A stretch of DNA of 62,801 nucleotides, the filler included. It is 4 parts of 4 records of this genome, joined end to end, with 100 filler letters (N's around TTAATTAATTAA, not from the genome) between each part and the next. Parts side by side here need not be neighbours in the genome. Positions count along the whole stretch, not along the records: positions 39,237 to 56,205 come from SRR20825019_1429; 3 more parts are not named here. One strand, written 5' to 3'. Numbering within the stretch: the stretch's first letter is position 1; every line of letters begins with the position of its first letter. Shown here piece by piece: positions 39,238 through 48,930 of the stretch. A program made the translations under genes and the position numbers. The notes under the pieces were generated by a model. The model searched no databases. It saw only the letters and a list, made by a program, of their open reading frames with translations, and was not told the origin of the DNA.

Positions 39238-39546
39238 CTGATCTGCGACGAGCCGACCTCGGCGCTCGATGTCTCGGTGCAGGCGCAGATCTTGCACTTG
39301 TTCGACACGCTGCGGCAGGAATTCGGCCTGACCTGCCTCTTCATCAGCCACAACCTTGCGGTCATCGAGCGCATCGCCGACCGGGTGGGCGTGATGTACC
39401 GCGGCCAGATCGTCGAGGAAGCCGAGGGCCGGGCGTTCTTCGCCGGGCCGCAACACGCCTATTCACAGCTTCTGCTGTCCAGCACCCTGCCACCGATCCC
39501 CGGCCGCAAGCTTCCCGATGTCGCGCGCCCCTGGGACGCGGCATGA
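39238..39546 (+). CDS. Peptide/nickel-type ABC transporter ATPase, C-terminal fragment
   Basis: LICDEPTSALDVSVQAQIL, FISHNL, VMYRGQIVE, P.H.Y. Confidence 0.9.
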   Translation: MICDEPTSALDVSVQAQILHLFDTLRQEFGLTCLFISHNLAVIERIADRVGVMYRGQIVEEAEGRAFFAGPQHAYSQLLLSSTLPPIPGRKLPDVARPWDAA

Positions 39547-40177
39547 GTTGCCTGTGAACGGCGACGGAATCGTCGCCATCTGCGATTGATGTCCGGCTCA
39601 GGGAACCCCGGATGAGGCAGAAGGCGCGACTACCGGATGAGCAGAGGATCGGCATCCCGCATGACCGCGTTGGGAACCAGGTAAGTCCGTCGCGGTATCC
39701 CCGCTATCAGGGCTGCTTGACCAGAATGCGCCGCCCTTTCCAAGACAATCAGCCCTCTCCGTTTCTGGCCTCGCGCAGGAGCCAGCGCTCGAACAGGCGG
39801 ATTCGCGGACTGGGTTCGCCTTGCATTAGATAGGTCAGGAAATACCGCGGTGACGTCCCGGTGCCTGCTCTGTCCAGATAGTGCGTTGCTTGATGCCAAA
39901 AGTTTGGACTGATGATCCGATGGCAGGATCACACCCCGCCTTGTTTCAATCCGGACACCCCTGCATCGCCGCGTGTTTGCGAAGGGCTCCTGATCTTGTA
40001 GCAGATCGACGGGAACCGGGTGACGCTGCGCCATGTTCCGACCGCAGAGATGGCCATGCCGCCCGTTCGTTGCCGGACGCGCAACCCGCTGTATCTTCGG
40101 ATCTGTCGGCGAGGCCGACAGCATAGTCTGCCCATCCCACAAGCCACCCGACAGACACGGGCAGATCTTGTGACCAG

Positions 40178-42535
40178 TCACGATTCCTCCCAGGCCAGAC
40201 CCGGGCGATAGCGGGCGGTGACCCGGCCGTCCGTCAGGGCTAGAAGATGCAGCCAGCCGTTGTCGAAGAGCTGCCGCACGCTGTCGTACTGTCGCAAGAT
40301 CGCGGTCATCGCCTCTACCGGAGCCTCCACCAGCACCGACAGGCGCAGCGGCTCATGTGCGGGGCGCTCGCCATCGTGGACAGCTTGGATCGGCAGGCCG
40401 GGACGCAACAGCCCACCATTGCCTTCGACCACGCCAACGCCACCCACGACATTGTGGAGCAGCTTATTGCCGCCACCGAACAGGCGCGGGGCGACGGTCG
40501 AGCCGTAGTATTGCAGGCTGATCCAGCTGGCGACGACGACAGGGGCGGTCAAGATCAGTTCGAGCGTCGCAAAGCCCGAGTCGGCCCGCCAGTGATAACT
40601 GTGCAGGAACGCCCTGCCCTTCAGGTCGCGCCCGACCGTGGCCGCGCGCGGAGCGGCGATAAAGGCGGCGCAGCCGGCCAGGCCCCATTCGGGCCGGATC
40701 TCGGACCAGTCGGCGGCGCGCCGTGCCAGAGTCCTGCCCGAGGCGCCGGGAAGCCGCAGCGCCCGCTCGGCCCGGGCGAAGGTGCCGGCGGCGGCCAGCC
40801 AGCGCCTGGCCTGCTCAAGGTCCGCCCTGTGTTCCGGGACGGGAGCGTCTGGGAAAAGCGTCACACTATCCGTCACGGTGTCATGCAGGGCAGCGACGAA
40901 CAGCGTGTCCTTGGGCAGGTCCAGACCTTGCTTTGGCAGGCCCTCGCGGGTCTCGGGGTCGTTCAGCAGCGCGGCCAGCAGGCGCGCCGAAACCTCGCCG
41001 GTCTGACCGCAGCAGGCGCCGCAGTGATAGGCACTTTCATGGGGGTTGTTCGTGACCCGGGCGCCGTGTCCAACCAGCAGCACCAGCCGGGCATGGCCCG
41101 AGGTCAGGCCCATGGCGCGCAGGACAGCCGCGGCGCGCTGCGCCTTCTCCTCGGCCGTCAGAACGCTTTCGAACCGCGGCAGCCGCGCGGGCGGGGCCTC
41201 CCTGCCCTTCTGCCCCAGAGCGTCGAGCGCAAGCTTGGCACCATAGGCCGGCCCGGCCGCCTCGACAAAGGCAAAGGACGAGACCGCCGCCTGCCGGAAA
41301 CGGCCCCAGGCTCGCCCGGCCCGGGCCCTGATACGGATCGCCGCCTCTTGCGCCTGGTCGCGATGGCTGGTGGAGGTCAGCGCGGGGGACAGGAGCGCAG
41401 GCAGATGCGCCTGCAATTCGTCGGTCCCCTCAGGCCGATGGGCCAGCGGCAGGCCAAAGAAGCCCGCGAAGCCCAGGGTTTCGATCCCCTCCCCCTGCCC
41501 TTCCAGCGCCCGGCGCAGCACCTCGGAACGGACGTCGATGCAGAAGGCCGCCTGCAGGACAGGCCGATCGGCCCGCGGGACCGGGCCGGTCAAGATCGCC
41601 GCCAGCCTGCGCTGGTAGGCGCGTTCGGCGGCGTCCTGCAGGATTGCGTCCTGGACCTGATCGGCGTGCGGCACCAGCGGGGCGGCATGGGCGGCGACCG
41701 TTGCCTGCCATTCGGCGACCACGGCCGGACAATGCGCCAGAAGCGCCTCCTCCCAAACGAGGCGGATGGCCAGCAGATCGGTCAGCGTGGCATCGCTTCC
41801 ACCCTTCAGCTCGGCCTGCCAAAGGAGCCAGCGCGCATGCATGGGCCAACCGCCCAGATCGACGAGCAGCCGGTGAAAGGCGGTTTCCGCGGCTTCTGAC
41901 GTCAATCCCAGTCGTTGGGCCGCACGCGACAGCGCGCGTTCGGGCGTATCGGGTGCCTCCGCGACATGGGCACAGAAGCCCTTCAGACCGGCGATCTCCG
42001 GCGTCAGGTCATGGGTTGCCCACTCCCGCCAGGCGGCAAAGGCACTGGCGCCAGGCCGGGGTGTCCAGAGCGCCTGCCCCCGGTCGAAATACCCGGCAGC
42101 CCAGAGGCCGACACTACGGGCGATCAGCGCGGGCCAGTCGGCGCCAGTGGCCCGGGCAGCCAGATCGGCCAGGGTGGGAAGCGCCGAAGGGATTGGCGCG
42201 GGGTCTTGCATCCGGGCCTTGAGCGCGGCGAGGTCGCGCGGCTTTAGCGGCGAGGACGCCGCGGCAAGCGCTGCAGCCAAATCGTCATCGGTCAATTCCC
42301 CCTCGGCATGCAGGGCCGCCAGGTCCTGGCGGGGCCGCGTCAGCGCGACGCCCGCTACCCGCGCGAGCCGGGCCGAGGACTGGGCCAGATCCTCGTGCGT
42401 CTGGCCCAGGAAGGGATTTACCGCGACGGTAGCCTCCAGCGGGAAGGCGGGCGGGATAGCACGGGCGGCGGCTTCGGCCGCACGTAGGAAGGACGAGGCC
42501 TGCGAGGGGGCGATCTGAGAATGCTTGAGGAACAT
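40178..42535 (-). CDS. dabA: DabA (DUF2309/UPF0753) inorganic carbon transporter, carbonic-anhydrase-like subunit
   Basis: [24 protein letters not shown]...NNP, CGAC, DWSE.RPEWGLA, FLHSY, HEPLRL; GGAGG RBS before 42535 (alternative start 42568). Confidence 0.93.
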   Translation of the reverse strand: MFLKHSQIAPSQASSFLRAAEAAARAIPPAFPLEATVAVNPFLGQTHEDLAQSSARLARVAGVALTRPRQDLAALHAEGELTDDDLAAALAAASSPLKPRDLAALKARMQDPAPIPSALPTLADLAARATGADWPALIARSVGLWAAGYFDRGQALWTPRPGASAFAAWREWATHDLTPEIAGLKGFCAHVAEAPDTPERALSRAAQRLGLTSEAAETAFHRLLVDLGGWPMHARWLLWQAELKGGSDATLTDLLAIRLVWEEALLAHCPAVVAEWQATVAAHAAPLVPHADQVQDAILQDAAERAYQRRLAAILTGPVPRADRPVLQAAFCIDVRSEVLRRALEGQGEGIETLGFAGFFGLPLAHRPEGTDELQAHLPALLSPALTSTSHRDQAQEAAIRIRARAGRAWGRFRQAAVSSFAFVEAAGPAYGAKLALDALGQKGREAPPARLPRFESVLTAEEKAQRAAAVLRAMGLTSGHARLVLLVGHGARVTNNPHESAYHCGACCGQTGEVSARLLAALLNDPETREGLPKQGLDLPKDTLFVAALHDTVTDSVTLFPDAPVPEHRADLEQARRWLAAAGTFARAERALRLPGASGRTLARRAADWSEIRPEWGLAGCAAFIAAPRAATVGRDLKGRAFLHSYHWRADSGFATLELILTAPVVVASWISLQYYGSTVAPRLFGGGNKLLHNVVGGVGVVEGNGGLLRPGLPIQAVHDGERPAHEPLRLSVLVEAPVEAMTAILRQYDSVRQLFDNGWLHLLALTDGRVTARYRPGLAWEES

Positions 42536-42564
42536 GGTGGCCTCCGGGGCGGGATGTTTGGAAA

Positions 42565-44109
42565 TCATGATCTCAGCGGGAACCGGAAGCCGCCGATCAG
42601 GCGGTCCAGCATCGCATTAAGGTAAAGGCCATTGGCCAGATGTACCCTCAGACCTGTTGTCGACGGGTGATGAGCCCAGAGGGGAAACAGCGCCTGGGCG
42701 ACAGCGACCAGCCCGAAAGACAGCACAGCCAGCACGATGAGCGCCCATTCCAGCGCGCCCGCCGCCGGGGCGGCAGGCAGTGCGGGCCCCCAGATCGCTT
42801 GGGCCAGGACCTGAAATCCGAAATAGGCCAGTGCCGCCCCCAGCGAAGCCGCCGCGGTGCGCCGAGTGAGCGCGCCGGGTGCTGTATCGGCCAGGCCCTG
42901 CGCAATGAGATAGGACACGCCGAAGATCAGGATCGTGCCGAGGGCCAGCGATTGGGGCGATTTCGCGCCCAGAAGCGCACCAAAGCTGAGAGCGACGGCG
43001 ATATAGAGGAGCAGCGCCAGCGCAAAGGAACGCGCCACGGCATTGAGGCTGGGCACGCTGACCGGACCGGGTTTCCGCTGCGCATTCACCGCCCGGACCG
43101 CGCCGCCGGAAGACAGGAAGGCATACGCCTTGTAGAGCGAGTGGGTGACGATGTGGAGCAGCGCCTGTGGCCAGAGGCCCAGCCCGCATTGCAGCAACAT
43201 GAAGCCCATTTGCGCCACGGTTGACCAGGCCAGAGCCGTCTTGTCCGCGCTCTGCGTGAGCATCACCAGAGCCCCGAACAGCGCCGTAAAGCCGCCCAGC
43301 ACCACCAGCGCCGCCATCCCTCCGCTGCTTTGCTGCACCAGGCCCGAGAGCATGATCAGCATGACCCCTCCCGAATTGACGATCCCCGCGTGCAGAAACG
43401 CCGAGACAGGTGTCGGGGCCTCCATCACCTCGGTCAGCCAGCCGTGCACCGGAAATGCCGCGGTCTTGAGAACTGCTGCCAGCACCAAGAGGCCGACCGC
43501 TAGCTGCCCGGCGACAGGCAGCATCGGAGCGGCGCTCAACGCGACAATCTCGACGGAACCGAGGCTCTGCCACAACAGAAGGCTGGCAAGGATCAGAGCC
43601 AGGTCGCCTGCGAGCCAGACCCGGGTGAACTTCGCCGCAGCGCGCTGCGCCTCGGGCCGTTCGGGATAGAAGAGGAGGAGCTGCCGCAACAGCAGCCCGG
43701 TCAGGACGAAGGAAAGAACCAGCACGGGCAGGCTCGCGGCCTCGACCAGCAGCAGAACCGCGGCGGTGGTCGCGAGCGACAAGCCGTGGAACCGCCCTTC
43801 CCTCGCTTCACCATCCAGGTAGCGGCGGGCATAGCGCAGGATGATCCAGGCAACGAAAGTTACCAGAAGCGATAGCGACAGGCTGATGGTATCCAGCCTG
43901 ACAAGGGCCAGCCCTCCGACCGCAAACGTCCGAGGACCGCCGAGCCAGAATTGGATGCCGCCGAGCAAGGACAGCGCCAGGGCAGTGATTGCCGCAGCCT
44001 CTGCCAGAAGCGGCAGGCGACCTGGCCGTCGCCCCGGGCGTTGGATCGTCGGTAGCGCGGCAACGAGCAGGACCAAGGGGGCAAAGGAAAGCAGCGGAAG
44101 GGACGTCAT
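42565..44109 (-). CDS. dabB: DabB (NuoL/ND5-like) membrane subunit of the inorganic carbon pump
   Basis: [31 protein letters not shown]...HSLYKA..FL, NGLY; directly upstream of dabA. Confidence 0.9.
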   Translation of the reverse strand: MTSLPLLSFAPLVLLVAALPTIQRPGRRPGRLPLLAEAAAITALALSLLGGIQFWLGGPRTFAVGGLALVRLDTISLSLSLLVTFVAWIILRYARRYLDGEAREGRFHGLSLATTAAVLLLVEAASLPVLVLSFVLTGLLLRQLLLFYPERPEAQRAAAKFTRVWLAGDLALILASLLLWQSLGSVEIVALSAAPMLPVAGQLAVGLLVLAAVLKTAAFPVHGWLTEVMEAPTPVSAFLHAGIVNSGGVMLIMLSGLVQQSSGGMAALVVLGGFTALFGALVMLTQSADKTALAWSTVAQMGFMLLQCGLGLWPQALLHIVTHSLYKAYAFLSSGGAVRAVNAQRKPGPVSVPSLNAVARSFALALLLYIAVALSFGALLGAKSPQSLALGTILIFGVSYLIAQGLADTAPGALTRRTAAASLGAALAYFGFQVLAQAIWGPALPAAPAAGALEWALIVLAVLSFGLVAVAQALFPLWAHHPSTTGLRVHLANGLYLNAMLDRLIGGFRFPLRS

Positions 44110-44188
44110 CGCGGTCTCCGTCTCTGGGCGTCACGGGCGATGTATCGCTTGCGGGATTTTCAGAAAAATACATATATTATGCCAAATC

Positions 44189-44205
44189 GTTCCATCAGGA
44201 AGAAC
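44189..44205. promoter_or_regulatory. LysR-type box between dabB and lysR
   Basis: GTTC-N9-GAAC dyad containing T-N11-A in an AT-rich divergent intergenic region. Confidence 0.55.
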
Positions 44206-44206
44206 A

Positions 44207-45079
44207 TTGGCTCACTTGAACCTTCATCACCTTCGGCTGTTCCGGGCGATCGCAAGCGACGGCACCCTGACCGGCGCGGCCCGAGGGTTGAATCTGTCGC
44301 AATCTGCCCTTTCCACACAGCTCAAAGCGCTTGAGGCCTCGCTGGGTCAGGATCTGTTCGAACGACGGGGACGGGGACTGGTGCTGACCGAAGCCGGACG
44401 GATTGCGCTGGACCATGCCGAGGCGATCTTCCGAGCTACCGATGACCTGACAGCCACCCTGCGCGATACGGGCCGCAGCCGCCGTGCGCTGCGTGTAGGG
44501 GCGCTGGCCACCTTGTCGCGGAACTTTCAGATGCAGTTCCTGCGGCCCCTGATCGGGCGACCCGATGTCGAGGTCGTGCTGCGTTCGGGATCGCAGGAGG
44601 AACTGCTGCGGGGCCTGGATGCGTTGGCGCTGGATGTCTTCCTGACGAATGTTCCTCCGCCGCGAGATGCCGCAACCCATTGGCTCGTACACAGCCTGGA
44701 TGAACAACCCGTTAGCCTGATCGGATTGCCTGCCCGGGTTGGCGCTGCGCCGCCCCCGCTTCGGGTTCTGCTGTCTCAACATCCACTGATCGTTCCCACG
44801 CGGGAGACGGGGTTGCGGGCTGCATTCGACGCCATGACGACGCGAATGCAGATAAGTCCGGTCTTCGCGGCCGAGGTTGATGACATGGCGATGATCCGGT
44901 TGCTCGCTCGTGCCGATGCCGGGCTGGCTGTCATCCCGAGGATCGTCGTGCAAGATGAGCTGTCTGCCGGAACCCTGGTCGAAGTGAGTCAGTTGGAGGG
45001 GATTGCCGAGAGCTTCCTTGCCGTCACGCGTGAGCGACGGTTTCCGAACCCGCTTCTGGCCGAAGTCCTGCCGGGGTGA
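44207..45079 (+). CDS. LysR-family regulator (NhaR-like), divergent from dabBA
   Basis: LNLHHLR.F..IA..G.LT.AA..L..SQSALS.Q...LE..LG..LFER; AEVDDMA; TTG start at 44207. Confidence 0.9.
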   Translation: MAHLNLHHLRLFRAIASDGTLTGAARGLNLSQSALSTQLKALEASLGQDLFERRGRGLVLTEAGRIALDHAEAIFRATDDLTATLRDTGRSRRALRVGALATLSRNFQMQFLRPLIGRPDVEVVLRSGSQEELLRGLDALALDVFLTNVPPPRDAATHWLVHSLDEQPVSLIGLPARVGAAPPPLRVLLSQHPLIVPTRETGLRAAFDAMTTRMQISPVFAAEVDDMAMIRLLARADAGLAVIPRIVVQDELSAGTLVEVSQLEGIAESFLAVTRERRFPNPLLAEVLPG

Positions 45080-45107
45080 GCCTGCCCTGCCCCGCAACTG
45101 CTCGGCA

Positions 45108-45160
45108 TGTATACCCCGGTAAACAAGTCCTGACGCCCGCCCCTGTTACCCGGGTATACA
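45108..45160. promoter_or_regulatory. Two parS-like near-palindromes at the repC 3' end
   Basis: TGTATACCCCGGTAAACA (45108-45125) and TGTTACCCGGGTATACA (45144-45160). Confidence 0.6.
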
Positions 45161-46255
45161 GTGCCGATCGAAGCGCTGTGAACCAGTCGAAGGCCTGACC
45201 AAGGATCGGAACATCCGGCAGAGGTTGAGGCTGCGATCCCCCGCGGCATTGAGAAGCGAACGCAGATAAGCGCCGGGATTTCGGATTCGATTGAAGGCCT
45301 CGACCATGCCAATGATGGCAAGCGCGCTGCCATGGGGGCCGAGCTGCGCCTCGGCATCCCGCAAGAGCGCGCGGTCAAGGCCGATGGCTGGCCCCAGCAT
45401 AGCCGATAGCTGGATGACGTCGCGCCAGCTCTTTGGCAGATCAACTGCCATCGCCCGGGCCGAGGGTGCCAGCGCCATGCATTCGGCAACGGTCAGGTCG
45501 CTATCGTCCTGTCCAGATTCCTCAGCCGCTTTCTTATTCATAGATTCTTTATCCGAACTCTGAATGTGCCGGTCATTCTGGCCGTCGCTGGCGGTCAGAA
45601 CCGGTGTTTTCGGCAGCGCTTGCGAGGGCAGGGTGAGGGGCTCGGAGGTCTTGAGCAGGTGCTGGAGCAGGGCCTCCAACCGCTCGCTGCTCAAGGTGCG
45701 GCGCAGCGAAAGGCGGCATTCCTCGGCGAGTTCTGGCGGTGTGGCGGGGCCTGCATGATAAAGGGCGTCGCGGATCCGTGCCTTGAGCACGGTGATGCGC
45801 TGACCTTCACGCGCGCAATCCTCTGCCAGCGCTTCAAGATGCGACTGGATCGTGAACAGCGGCTCCAGGTCCAGACCATAGGCCAGCTGGGTCATGCTGT
45901 CTTCGTCACGCACCCGGTATCGCTTGCCGTTGGGACTCTGACGCCGTGTCAGCAAGCCCTTGCTTTCCAGATGCGTCAGACGTCGCCGAAGGGTGCGTTC
46001 ATCGATCCCGTCGCAACGGTCGATCAAGACCCGGTTCGAGGCAAAGACGATGCGTTGCGATGTCGAGTCCGGCAGCAGGGACAAGAGGCCCCGCAGCACC
46101 GCGATATCACGGTCGCGCAGCGCCAGCCGGATCCGGCAGAAGCGTACTAGGTCTAGGAGATGCCAGCGTAGGTCGCTGCTCGGGGACGTGGTCTGGGTGC
46201 GCGCTTTAGGGCGCCGGGCGTGCGCGAGCACGGGCGTCGACAGGATTTGTTGCAT
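45146..46255 (-). CDS. repC: Plasmid replication initiator RepC
   Basis: IVFASN..L, ERTLRR.L..L...GL..R..SPNGKRY, YG.DL.PL, I.NPG.YLR; internal AT-rich GANTC-containing tract at ~45510-45570. Confidence 0.92.
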   Translation of the reverse strand: MQQILSTPVLAHARRPKARTQTTSPSSDLRWHLLDLVRFCRIRLALRDRDIAVLRGLLSLLPDSTSQRIVFASNRVLIDRCDGIDERTLRRRLTHLESKGLLTRRQSPNGKRYRVRDEDSMTQLAYGLDLEPLFTIQSHLEALAEDCAREGQRITVLKARIRDALYHAGPATPPELAEECRLSLRRTLSSERLEALLQHLLKTSEPLTLPSQALPKTPVLTASDGQNDRHIQSSDKESMNKKAAEESGQDDSDLTVAECMALAPSARAMAVDLPKSWRDVIQLSAMLGPAIGLDRALLRDAEAQLGPHGSALAIIGMVEAFNRIRNPGAYLRSLLNAAGDRSLNLCRMFRSLVRPSTGSQRFDRHCIPG

Positions 46256-46332
46256 GGCGTTTCATGCGGATCAGACAAAGGCCGTCGGATCGAGCCCTTT
46301 GACGAAGGCCCGAGAGATCGAAAGACTGGAAA

Positions 46333-46499
46333 TCAGCCAGGAAGCAGGCACAAACAATCCGGTCACCGCGATGCGATGTTGCGTGCGAATCGGGCCTGCG
46401 CTAGGATGCTCGTGCTAGAAGTTAAGCATGCTCAGGGTTGGCGCCCTGTGGTTTGCGCGGGCCTTCCGGGTGGTTTCCATTCGGGAGGCCTATCTTTTT
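46333..46499 (+). ncRNA. Candidate repABC counter-transcribed RNA (ctRNA)
   Basis: In the repB-repC gap, antisense; TTGACG-17-AAGACT upstream; hairpin 46460-46490 plus TATCTTTTT. Confidence 0.55.
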
Positions 46500-46502
46500 C
46501 CG

Positions 46503-47501
46503 TCAATGCTCCTCTGTGGTTGCGGGTGAGTTCTCGTCTTCGGACCGGGCAAGAAAGTCCTGATAAAGCTGCGCCAGGGCTTCTGCGGGATGGCGGGCAA
46601 GCCAAGTGGCGAAGGCGCCGCCGGGAGCGGTAGGCTGAAATGTCACGGCGCCCTTGCGCAGCGTGACGGTGCCGAGGGGCGAGCCATCGGGCGCGGAAAC
46701 CATCACGGGTTCAACGGGCGTCCGGGGCTTGGCCGGGGTTTGCAGCGCTTTGGCCCAGGCGTCGAATCGCTGATCCGAGGACAGCGCGGCGGGGAAGGGG
46801 TCGGGGTGGATGTCGCGCGCGTCGACCTGCTGCGCCAGAAGGCGGGTGGCGAGGTCATACCAGCGTTTCCAGCCGACCGATGGGGCAGCGCCGATCCGTT
46901 CGATCACATCGCGTGGGAAAGCCTCCCGCACCTTGCGCATGTGCGAGGTGTGGCTGCGGTTCACGTTCAACGCGTCCTGTACCACCTTTGCGGAATAGCC
47001 CGCCTCCTCCAGATCGCCGGCGAAGAGAGCCTTTTCGATGAAGGAGGGGTCCTTGCGAAGGTTGTTCTCCTGTCCTTGGGCCAGAACGGCCTCTTCGTCG
47101 GTCAGCGTGCGGATCAGCGCCTTGACCGGCTTGCCAAGCGACCGGAGCGCGGCAAGGCGGCGGCGGCCATAGACGACCTGATACCGTCCGCTGAGTTGCG
47201 GATGGGGGCGCAGCAGGATCGGCACCTGCTGGCCGTGCCGGTCGATGCTGTCGCGCAGCGCGGCCAGATCCTCGTCCAAGGGAGGCAGGCGGTCCTGCAG
47301 CCCGGTATCCTCGATCAGATCGGGGCCGATCTCTTGTACCGACCGGCTGCCGAGAGTGCGCAAGTCGTTGCGGATCGCCGCCACCGGTCCCGAACTCTGG
47401 AACACCTCGGGCACGCTCGACGCAGCACTCGGCGCGGGCTTGGGCGCGTCGGTGTCGGAACGGGTAGGGGCGATCCCCTCGAACATGTTCTTGCGGGCCA
47501 T
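46503..47501 (-). CDS. repB: Plasmid partitioning protein RepB (ParB family)
   Basis: DRL, SI...GQQVPIL.RPHP, YGRRR, QGQEN..R.D.SFIEKA; start ATG at 47501 (GGAG RBS). Confidence 0.93.
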   Translation of the reverse strand: MARKNMFEGIAPTRSDTDAPKPAPSAASSVPEVFQSSGPVAAIRNDLRTLGSRSVQEIGPDLIEDTGLQDRLPPLDEDLAALRDSIDRHGQQVPILLRPHPQLSGRYQVVYGRRRLAALRSLGKPVKALIRTLTDEEAVLAQGQENNLRKDPSFIEKALFAGDLEEAGYSAKVVQDALNVNRSHTSHMRKVREAFPRDVIERIGAAPSVGWKRWYDLATRLLAQQVDARDIHPDPFPAALSSDQRFDAWAKALQTPAKPRTPVEPVMVSAPDGSPLGTVTLRKGAVTFQPTAPGGAFATWLARHPAEALAQLYQDFLARSEDENSPATTEEH

Positions 47502-47502
47502 G

Positions 47503-48678
47503 TCAGGTTCTCCCCCAGGCGGCGTGGACTTCCTGTTCCAGTTCGCGCGCCACGGCATTCACCGATTCCATGGCACGGTCATAGGTGTTGCGGATCATGC
47601 TGCCACGGCCGACCTCGAACAGGGTTTGATGGGTCAGGCCGGCATCGGAGATGGCGGTTGATTTCAGGAAGGCCTGGGTCATCACCCGCTTCCCGAAATT
47701 CGCCCTGAGCAGCCCCGCGACCTGCGCCTGGGGGCCGTCCGACGGCTCGAACCGGGCAATCAGGTAGCGCAGAAAGGAGTAATCCAGTGTCATCCCGGCG
47801 TCGCGGATCGTATCCAGCAGTGAGGCGGTCATGGTCAGGAACTGCGCCAGGGATGCCACGTCGATGAAGTTCGGCACGACCGGAATGATGATCGAGGAAG
47901 AGGCGACCAGCGCCGACAGCGTCAGGAAGCCCAGCTGCGGCGGGCAGTCGATGAAGACCAGATCGTAATTCGCTTCGACCGATTGGATCGCCTCGCGCAG
48001 GCGCAGGTAGAAGGGAGGTTCAGCCCCCCGGCGCAGCGCATAGGGCGTTTCGGTCTCGTATTCAGACAGGATCAGCCCACCTGCAGCAATATCCAGCCCG
48101 TGGAAATAGGTTTTACGGATCACCTGCTCCATCGGCAGGGGATTTTCGTAGCGAATCGCGTCGTAGATCGTGCCCTGGCTGGAAAAGTCGATCTCAGGCC
48201 GGAGGCCGGTCATCGACGACAGCGAGGCCTGCGGGTCCATGTCGATGACCAGCACCCGATAGCCATGCAGCGCAAACCATTGGCTGAGGTAAGCGGTGGT
48301 GGTCGTCTTGGCGCTGCCGCCCTTGAACGAGACGCAGGAGATGATCTGCAGCGGATCCTGCCCGACCCGGCCGCGCAGATAGAGCGACGGGTCGCGGGTT
48401 GCACGGGCCAGGGCCAGGCGGATGTTCGCCAGATCTTCGGCCGTGTAGAGTTTGCGCCCGCGTTCGTCGAGGGTCACCTCAGGGATCTTGTCCTCGGCAT
48501 GCAGCTTGCGCAAATGGCCGGGGGCCAGCCCCAGGAATTCGGCCGCTTCGGTCGAGGAAAAGGCGCGCAGATGCTTGCGCGCATCCGGGGCGAAGTTGCG
48601 TTCCATATGCCGACGAATCGATTCGTGCAGCGTGGATGCGTCGCCTTGAAGCTCAGCGAAGACTCGCTCTGCTGTCAT
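47503..48678 (-). CDS. repA: Plasmid partitioning ATPase RepA (ParA family)
   Basis: N-terminal HTH, FKGGSAKTTT, D.DPQASL, IDCPPQLG; start 48678 (GAGGG RBS) or 48699. Confidence 0.95.
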   Translation of the reverse strand: MTAERVFAELQGDASTLHESIRRHMERNFAPDARKHLRAFSSTEAAEFLGLAPGHLRKLHAEDKIPEVTLDERGRKLYTAEDLANIRLALARATRDPSLYLRGRVGQDPLQIISCVSFKGGSAKTTTTAYLSQWFALHGYRVLVIDMDPQASLSSMTGLRPEIDFSSQGTIYDAIRYENPLPMEQVIRKTYFHGLDIAAGGLILSEYETETPYALRRGAEPPFYLRLREAIQSVEANYDLVFIDCPPQLGFLTLSALVASSSIIIPVVPNFIDVASLAQFLTMTASLLDTIRDAGMTLDYSFLRYLIARFEPSDGPQAQVAGLLRANFGKRVMTQAFLKSTAISDAGLTHQTLFEVGRGSMIRNTYDRAMESVNAVARELEQEVHAAWGRT

Positions 48679-48930
48679 ACTGCCCTCATTTTTCTTCATC
48701 CAGACCCGGTTTTCCCTGGTTCTGTCCGGCTGCCCGGTTTGGTCGTAGCGCTAAAAACCGAAATTCCCGGACATTCGCGCTACAAAGGAATGCGCCAATC
48801 GGCCGATTCCTGCAAGGAAATTCTACAGATCGTGCCAGGCAGCATCCGGGGGACAAGATAACCCTCTGGATTCACGTTAGCGGTGGCCTTGCCGGGAACA
48901 AGATCTGGTGTCGTCGTAAAAGACGCCGTG

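Noticed and set aside
39630..40181. 183-aa ORF overlapping the dabA stop (possible third dab gene)
   Set aside because: No recognisable motif, Arg/Pro-rich composition and no clear RBS; not supportable
40247..41899. 550-aa + strand ORF (and similar long antisense ORFs such as 5233-6114, 12557-13444, 18282-19247, 46590-47708, 52271-53242)
   Set aside because: Shadow frames of well-supported genes in GC-rich DNA, with no motifs
42565..44109. NADH dehydrogenase NuoL or Mrp antiporter subunit
   Set aside because: No other nuo or mrp genes; coupling to a DUF2309 gene identifies it as DabB
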